A stretch of 50,538 nucleotides of DNA from Rickettsiales bacterium (GTDB lineage: Bacteria; Pseudomonadota; Alphaproteobacteria; Rickettsiales; UBA1997): positions 1-50,538 of the forward strand of contig JAIRXW010000027.1 of assembly GCA_031268035.1 (NCBI GenBank). The letters are read 5' to 3'. Positions 38,180 to 45,600 of the stretch are shown here, piece by piece. The notes beneath the pieces are model-generated. The model was not told the origin of the DNA. It was given only the letters and a program-made list of their open reading frames with translations, and made no database searches. Every line of letters begins with the position of its first letter. The first letter of the stretch is position 1. The translations under genes and the position numbers were made by a program.

Positions 38180-39610
38180 ATGCAGAATGACCTAGACTGT
38201 AGAAGTTTGTATAACATTGAGGCCGAACAAATTATCCTGGGCAAAATCATATACAACAATGACTACTATCAGAAAGTTGCGGAATATCTGCAGGACGACT
38301 GTTTCTACGAACTGGCCCACAGAGAGATCTATCGCTACATCACAAATGTTATACACAGATCAACCATCATAGCTGACAGCGTAACTTTAAAAAATTTTTT
38401 TGACACAAACGAAATTGTCCTGGTGGTAGGTGGTAGCAACTATCTGTCACTGCTCCTCAGTGTGAGTAGCGGCATAGTGGATATTGTCAGCTATGCCAGA
38501 ATGGTTCAGGATTTGGCCACTAAGCGAAAATTAGCTCTGATTGGGGAAGAAATAGTAAACATGGTCCACGCAAAGGATACCCAGGGGAATAGCGCCCGGG
38601 AACAGATAGAGCTGGTGGAGAAAAAATTATTTGATCTTGGCAATAAAATCGAATACAGCAGAGGATTTGTTGGTATGGCCGACAGTCTCACCGAAACCAT
38701 AGAAAATATAAAATTAGCAAAACAGAGGGATAATCACATAAGCGGCATTTCCTCCGGCTTTGCGGATTTAGATAGAACACTGAGCGGGTTCCAAAAATCT
38801 GATCTAATTATTCTTGCGGGAAGGCCCTCCATGGGGAAAACAACCCTCGCCATAAACATTGCCTACAATGCGGCGCTAGAATTTCTCGAGGAGTTTGAAT
38901 CCGGAAGTTGCGCAAAAAAATCTGTGGGTTTTTTTTCCCTAGAAATGCCCGTGAATCAGATTAGTGCAAAAATCCTCTCTCTGGAAACGGGAATAAACAC
39001 CGACAAATTCAGAAAAGGAGAAATAAATGAAAGAGAATTTGGCAGAATAGTCGAAAAATCTGAAAAAATATCGAGGGTCTCTTTTTTTATAGACGACAGC
39101 CCAGCTCTAGCCATATCTTCTCTAAGAACAAGGGTCAGGAGGTTGGTGAGACAGGAAAATGCCGGCTTTATTGTGGTGGACTATCTGCAGCTTCTGCGGG
39201 GTGTAAACGACAGCTCCAGAAATAACAGAGTTCTAGAAATTTCTGAGATAACCCAGGGGCTCAAAACCATCGCGAAGGAATTTAATATCCCTGTTCTGGC
39301 CCTTTCTCAGCTTTCTAGATTGGTAGAGCAGAGAGAGGATAAAAAACCCCAGTTATCAGACCTGAGAGAATCTGGCTCCATAGAACAGGATGCGGACATA
39401 GTCATGTTTGTCTTCAGAGAATCCTACTACGAGGAGAGAAAAAAGCCAAGCAATGACCAGACTGAAAAACTAAAGAATTGGCAAATGAATATGGAGCAGC
39501 TGAGAAACAAATCGGAGGTTATCATAGCTAAACATAGAAATGGCCCCATAGGAAGCATTGACCTTTACTACAGTGCCGAATCATCTAAATTTGCCGACTA
39601 CATGAGGTAA
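38180..39610 (+). CDS. dnaB: Replicative DNA helicase DnaB
   Basis: NIEAEQIILGKII, Walker A GRPSMGKTT, IVVDYLQLL and SQLSRLVEQR. Confidence 0.95.
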   Translation: MQNDLDCRSLYNIEAEQIILGKIIYNNDYYQKVAEYLQDDCFYELAHREIYRYITNVIHRSTIIADSVTLKNFFDTNEIVLVVGGSNYLSLLLSVSSGIVDIVSYARMVQDLATKRKLALIGEEIVNMVHAKDTQGNSAREQIELVEKKLFDLGNKIEYSRGFVGMADSLTETIENIKLAKQRDNHISGISSGFADLDRTLSGFQKSDLIILAGRPSMGKTTLAINIAYNAALEFLEEFESGSCAKKSVGFFSLEMPVNQISAKILSLETGINTDKFRKGEINEREFGRIVEKSEKISRVSFFIDDSPALAISSLRTRVRRLVRQENAGFIVVDYLQLLRGVNDSSRNNRVLEISEITQGLKTIAKEFNIPVLALSQLSRLVEQREDKKPQLSDLRESGSIEQDADIVMFVFRESYYEERKKPSNDQTEKLKNWQMNMEQLRNKSEVIIAKHRNGPIGSIDLYYSAESSKFADYMR

Positions 39611-39744
39611 TCTAGAGCGGTGGGCACCCTGGACTAGGTATATAGTATGGTTTGGAAAGTTTTTATCTGAACAGCATCATATCAGGTATATTGCTTTTTC
39701 ATTAGTCATCGATATTCTTTTAGTCAAAATTAGCACTGTTTACC

Positions 39745-40878
39745 ATGAAATTTGTAGTAGAAAAAAATTCTTTTCTAAGGTTACTGATAGGTACATACGG
39801 AGTAGCCAGCAAAAAAAATCCCGGAAATCTAGCAATTCTGCAGAATGTGAAAATAGAAGCCAGCGAAGGTTTGCTGTACCTAACTGGGACGGATTCCGAC
39901 ACCTATATAAAAAATCATGGAGAGGCCAATGTGGAAACGGATGGAGTAACAACAGTGTCTGCACAACTGCTCTATGAAATAGTGAGGAAAATGGAAGATG
40001 GTTCGGAAATATCCTGCAGCTATTCGACCAATGACAAAATTCTAAGTGTTGGTTCCGGCAGAAGTAGATTCAAGCTTATGTGCATGGACGCCGGAAACTA
40101 TCCAAATTTTGAGGATCAGCAGATACAATCTAAATTCCAACTGAAACTAAAAGATCTCATGACTATGATAGACAAAACCAGATTTTCCATATCGGATGAC
40201 CTGAGTAGATACTATCTCAATGGCCTATTTTTACACACCATCGAAGATGATAGAGGCAGAAAACTTGTGGCAACATCGACCGACAGCCATAGATTGTCCG
40301 TGGTGGAGCTGAGCTATTACGACGGAAATGAACCTCTGGCGGGAGTCATAGTGCCTAAAAAAGCTCTGCCTGAGATAAAAAAAATAGTCTCCATGTCGGA
40401 TCAGGAGGAAATCCAGGTTTCTGTTTCGAAGACCAAGATAAAATTTGAAACGGATAACAGCCTCATAATATCAAAACTGATAGACGCTGAATTCCCGGAC
40501 TACAGGAGAGTTGTCCCCAGAGAAAACAATCGACTCATGAGGGTCAACAGGAAAGAGATCACCAGTGTCATAGATAGAGTTTCCACTGTCACCAGTGACA
40601 GCCATCGGGGCATAAAATTTATTCTTAGCGAAAATAATCTACTGCTGGAGGCCCATTCGAACGAGAATGGCTCCGCCAGCGAAGAGATAAAAGTTGATTT
40701 TAACTATCCGGAAAAAATCGAGGTTGGTTTTAATTCAAAATTTGTTCTAGATATTTTCAGCCAAATAGATAGCGAGACAGTTAACATCTTTTTCAAAGAC
40801 AGCGCTTCAGCCATATTGGTTGAAGATAGAGGGGAAACAACGAATAATACCTTTGTTCTAATGCCAATACGTATCTAA
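39745..40878 (+). CDS. dnaN: DNA polymerase III beta sliding clamp
   Basis: MKFVVEKNSFLRLL...ILQNVKIEASEGLLYLTGTDSD, 377 aa, C-terminal FVLMPIRI. Confidence 0.95.
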   Translation: MKFVVEKNSFLRLLIGTYGVASKKNPGNLAILQNVKIEASEGLLYLTGTDSDTYIKNHGEANVETDGVTTVSAQLLYEIVRKMEDGSEISCSYSTNDKILSVGSGRSRFKLMCMDAGNYPNFEDQQIQSKFQLKLKDLMTMIDKTRFSISDDLSRYYLNGLFLHTIEDDRGRKLVATSTDSHRLSVVELSYYDGNEPLAGVIVPKKALPEIKKIVSMSDQEEIQVSVSKTKIKFETDNSLIISKLIDAEFPDYRRVVPRENNRLMRVNRKEITSVIDRVSTVTSDSHRGIKFILSENNLLLEAHSNENGSASEEIKVDFNYPEKIEVGFNSKFVLDIFSQIDSETVNIFFKDSASAILVEDRGETTNNTFVLMPIRI

Positions 40879-41981
40879 TGCCAGAAAAATATATTTCTGA
40901 AGTTGTTCTAAATAATTTTAGGAACTATTCCCAGAGGGCATTCTCCTTCTGTGGTGGTTTTAATGCCATAGTTGGTCCCAACGGACGGGGAAAAACTAGT
41001 CTGCTGGAGGCCATATCCCTAGTGACTGACGCCCGAGGACTGAGGGGCGCCCAGGTCTCCGATATGATTTCCCAGAACGGCGTAAAGTCAGATCTACCGG
41101 ACGACACGCTATTTTCCATTTTTATAAAGTTCAATGATGGCGACAAAATTGTTCTTCTGCAGAAACAGGATAAAAAATTGATAAAATTCAACGAGGAGCA
41201 ACTTAGAAGTAGTGGTATACTGATAAAAATACTTAAAATAACCTATTTTGTACCCCAAATGGAGGATTTTTTCCTGGGCGCTCGCTCCAATCGAATAAAA
41301 TTTTTAGATAGAACGGCAACTCTGCTCTTCCTGGGCCATGGAGATGATTTGAGAAAATATGAATTTTTTCTAAGAGAAAGAATGAAAATTCTACTGACCC
41401 AGGCCAGTCAAAGTAAATGGCTAGATATAGTCGAAAAAAAGATTGCAGAACTTGGTGCGGCCATAGCCGATGTGAGAAATAGAGTTTTGGAACATCTCAA
41501 CCAAATATTTTCGGAGCACACAACGGAATTTCCAACGGGACACCTGCATATATCTGGCGAAGTTGAAAATCTCTTCGACACCAGAAGGGCTACGGAGATA
41601 GAGGCCGCCTATAGAAAAATTCTATTTTCAAATAGAACCCTGGACGCGGAAACAAAAAAAACAAATTTTGGAGTTCACCGAAGTAATCTCAGTGTCTTTA
41701 ACAGTTCCAATGGTCTCAGGGCGGAATTGTGTTCAAGCGGGGAACAAAAAATGCTTCTACTGTCCCTGATAATTGTCAAAGCCATATTTTCAAAACAAAT
41801 TAACGAAGGAACGCCAATTTTACTGCTGGACGACATGTGTTCACAGATTGACACCGGGACAAAGAATAAATTGTTTTTAGAATTAAAAAAATTGAATATT
41901 CAGATATTTATAACAGACACTACGGAAGAATCTTTTAGAACACTGGAAAATTTCAGTGACAGTAAAATAATAGAACTATGA
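40878..41981 (+). CDS. recF: DNA replication and repair protein RecF
   Basis: LNNFRNY, Walker A GPNGRGKTSLLEAI, signature SSGEQKMLLLSL and Walker B ILLLDD. Confidence 0.9.
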   Translation: MPEKYISEVVLNNFRNYSQRAFSFCGGFNAIVGPNGRGKTSLLEAISLVTDARGLRGAQVSDMISQNGVKSDLPDDTLFSIFIKFNDGDKIVLLQKQDKKLIKFNEEQLRSSGILIKILKITYFVPQMEDFFLGARSNRIKFLDRTATLLFLGHGDDLRKYEFFLRERMKILLTQASQSKWLDIVEKKIAELGAAIADVRNRVLEHLNQIFSEHTTEFPTGHLHISGEVENLFDTRRATEIEAAYRKILFSNRTLDAETKKTNFGVHRSNLSVFNSSNGLRAELCSSGEQKMLLLSLIIVKAIFSKQINEGTPILLLDDMCSQIDTGTKNKLFLELKKLNIQIFITDTTEESFRTLENFSDSKIIEL

Positions 41982-42664
41982 CAGAACAAATGAGTTTTAA
42001 TTTTCCCCAGGAGGAAAACTACAGTGCAAATAACTTTATCGTATTCAGTGGTAATCTAGAGGCTTTCTGCCTTCTGAATCAGGCCAGGGATGATTCGGAG
42101 GCTCTGGGCAACCAGATAATTTTTCTCCATGGTGAAGAAAAAAGTGGGAAAACCCATCTGGGACAAATATGGAGGCACAATCACGGCGCAATAAATATGG
42201 ATCTGCAGGAACTGGTGAAACTGGATTTTGAAGAATTTGTTCCAAAAATCGGATCTATCATCGAAAAGCTGGAATACTATCTCTTTGATAATTTCCCCTC
42301 GGATATCGAAGAGGACAAATTCTTCTATCTTATCAACACAGTGATAACCAATGGCTCCTCGGCTCTCTTTATAACCCGCGACAGCATTCCCAAAAAACAC
42401 AGAACGATGAAAGATTTAGAATCCCGCATCAGAGGAGGCATAGATATCAGGATAGGGAAGCTCAGCAGCGACGCCAAACCCATGCTGATAAATAAGCTTT
42501 TTGCCGACAGACAGATATTCCTGGGTGGTGATCTGCTGAAATATCTAAACACAAAACTCGGTACAAATTACCGCGAAATATACGACCATATCAATAGAAT
42601 AGTTCTAGAGGTGTCCAATGGCGGCCAGAGGCTAACGATCAGTTTTCTGAAAACGATTCTGTGA
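41978..42664 (+). CDS. hda: DnaA-related AAA+ protein, Hda/HdaA-like regulatory inactivator of DnaA
   Basis: Q-M-S-F-N-F clamp-binding-like N-terminus, NNFIVFSGN and a degenerate Walker A HGEEKSGKTHL. ~228 aa. It overlaps the recF stop by 4 nt. Confidence 0.65.
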   Translation: MTEQMSFNFPQEENYSANNFIVFSGNLEAFCLLNQARDDSEALGNQIIFLHGEEKSGKTHLGQIWRHNHGAINMDLQELVKLDFEEFVPKIGSIIEKLEYYLFDNFPSDIEEDKFFYLINTVITNGSSALFITRDSIPKKHRTMKDLESRIRGGIDIRIGKLSSDAKPMLINKLFADRQIFLGGDLLKYLNTKLGTNYREIYDHINRIVLEVSNGGQRLTISFLKTIL

Positions 42665-42689
42665 CAATCTAGTTCGCCGCAGCTAGCTA

Positions 42690-45600
42690 TTAATTTCCCC
42701 ATCTAACGATAACCGTTGCCACACCTGAATTTGCATCGTTTGATCCTCCGCAACTGGTTATATTACAGTAGCCAGAACCGCCGCCACCACCGCCATAGGA
42801 TACACATCTTTCGCCCGATAGGGTCGCAACCCCACCAGTATGGAGGAGGGCCGAACTGCCCGCAGCACCGCCCCGGTAGCCGCCTCCTCCGCCACCGCCG
42901 CACCAGACAGATTGGTTAGGAGCGCCCTTGGCATTTCCTCCGTTCATCCCACTGCCGTTAGCGCCACAGCTATTAGTGCTGGTACCCGCAGAACTAGTAT
43001 TAACATCACAGTTTGCACAAGCATTACTGGCATTAGCAGTAGTACCACCCCCACAGGAAAAGTAACAATTATCATTGGTGGCCCCTGACCCTCCTCTGCC
43101 ACTACCACCACCTCCATATCCTCCATTATGATTGTAAGAATTACCGCCTCCGCCTCCGCCAGCCACCACCAATGTTGTACTGCCACTGTAGACTGCCGCG
43201 TAGTTACCTCCGGCGCCCCCCCTTGCTGTGACATAGCCGGGCGCCGTGCATAGACCGCCGGCTCCTCCGCCGGCTATGGTTACAGTCAGAGTTTTGGCCG
43301 AAGAAGAGGTGTAGCTGTACGTCCCCGTTGTGTAGCCACCATACCCGCCTCTGCCACTTGTTACGCCATCTGTCTGGCTCCCCGTGCCGCCGGCGGATCC
43401 CCAGGCCTGTATGGTTATTTTTTTCACACAGGCGGGTATGGTGATGTCGCCGGAGGATGTTCTGGTCACATAACCGTTCTCGCAGCACTGGCTATCGGTG
43501 TTGCTTAGACTCCACGCTCCCTTTGAACATGTCAAGCTCGCTTTTCCGCTGCTAGCATAGCTCGTATAGCCACTGGCACAGGAAAATTCAACGGTGGCCC
43601 CGCCGCTAGTGGCTCCGGTGGTTGCCACGGCTTTGAAGCTGGTCACAGCGCTGTTTTGACATGGAATTTCACGACAGCTGACTTCGTTGGTGCTCCAGGT
43701 GCCCTGGCTGCAGGTTTTGGTCACCGTCGAACCTGTGGGTTCATAGCCACTGCTGCAGGTGAGGGTGGCCACGGAACCATGTTTCTGTGTGTTTGTGTAT
43801 GTCCAGGTGCCATTGGCAACGGCAGTCACAGCGGCGCAGTTTTTATAGCAGGTGGCCGTTGTGTCGTAGGTCCAGGCGCCGCCGCTGCAGGTGCCCCTTC
43901 GGCTGGTGTCTGGTAAAAGACTGTAGCCGCTGCTGCAGGCGAGGGTGGCCACGGAACCATGATTCTGTGCGTTTGTGTACGTCCAGGTGCCATTGGCAAC
44001 GGCAACGGCAACGGTACAGTTTTTGTAGCATGTTCCCACCCGTTTCCAGGCGCTATTCTTGCAATAATAGTAATAGTTCCAGCTTTTGCCGCCACAGGCG
44101 CTGGCCTCACAGTCTCCTCCGGCGGCAGATTCTAGATAGCCTGTCTGACATTCTGCATTAAGAAACGAGCTATCTACAGTAAACAGTGAATTTCCCATCG
44201 CTGTGGTGGGGGTCACCACTAGACCGGAATTATAAAAATACCCGCTGTTTTCTATGGTGGTGCCACTGGAAATAGTGAACTTACCTCCTGTCACAAGTGC
44301 GGGCAATCCGCTGCAGCCCTGGTTGCAGGTGCTTGGCTCGCTGTCCCAGTTGCCTTCGACACATTTGCGAACACCGGAGGAACCAGTAATTCCATAGCCG
44401 CTGCTGCAGGTGAGAGTGGCCACAGAACCATGTTTTTGCGTATTTGTGTAGCTCCAGCTTCCCTTAGCCGGATTCGAAATGACCGCACAGTTTTTATGGC
44501 AGACTCCAATCTGTTTCCAACTGCTGCCATTGCAGTAGTAGTAGGGCCAATGTTCACTGTCACAGTTTCTAATGCCACAGTTGCTCTCGTCGTTGAATTT
44601 TGAGTAGCCCTCGTCACAGACAAAATTCAAAATTGATCTATTTGCCGAGAACAGATTCTGGGGATTGTCTGGGAAGGGCTGTGAGTCTGAACCCTGGGTA
44701 TCATAGAAATTTCCAACGTGCTCTATGATAGTATCCTGGTTAATCAAATTAAAACTGGCTCCAACTAGAAGTTTTGGTAGACCAACGCACCCGGGGATAC
44801 AGCTGACAGAGCTTACACTCCAGGTGCCATTTTCGCATTGGCGTACATTTGGACTGCCACTGAATCCATGACCACTGTCACAGGACAGCACTGCCTTTGC
44901 ACCGTGATTTTTGCCCTCGGGATAGCTCCAGAGGCCATTTGGCATACTCTCGATGTCGGAGCAATTTTTGTAGCAGGCGCCCTCGCTGTATCTCCATTGG
45001 CCAAGGTGACAGTACTGAGTTACATTGCCGCTGTAACCGCTAGAACAATTGAATGTCTTGGTTCCACCAGAACCTGTGATCCCACTTAAATTTGAAGTGT
45101 CTATATTGTAGCTGATTGAATCACTGTCTCTGGTGAGTAGTTCATTATTTTGGCAAGGGTTGGCATTACAGAAACCGCTTTTTACAGACCATTTTTTATC
45201 TTGCCCACAAATATATTCCACTTGTCCCTCCATACCCCCGGATAGAGTGTAGCCAGCGGCACATTGCCTGCGCACAGTCATGGATATTCCATAATTCTTA
45301 GGAATTATTTCCATCTCACTTTCCTCAAAGACGCAATTATTGTCTCTAATTATTTTTCTAAGATCACCACTGGTGCAATTATCCAAAGGAGTAGCAATTC
45401 GTTCAAAATTACTGCCACCATTTTTACACAGGGAATAGGTTTCGGGGCCAATTTCAAGGCAGGGATTTATCTGTTCCCTTTCTTCGGGATCATACCAATC
45501 TCCCCAGCATATTCTGGCAAAACCGTTGCCGTCGTTATATTCTTCAGAATCGAGAGTGTTGATTTCTGTTATTGCATCCTCCAATTTGTCCGAAGACACA

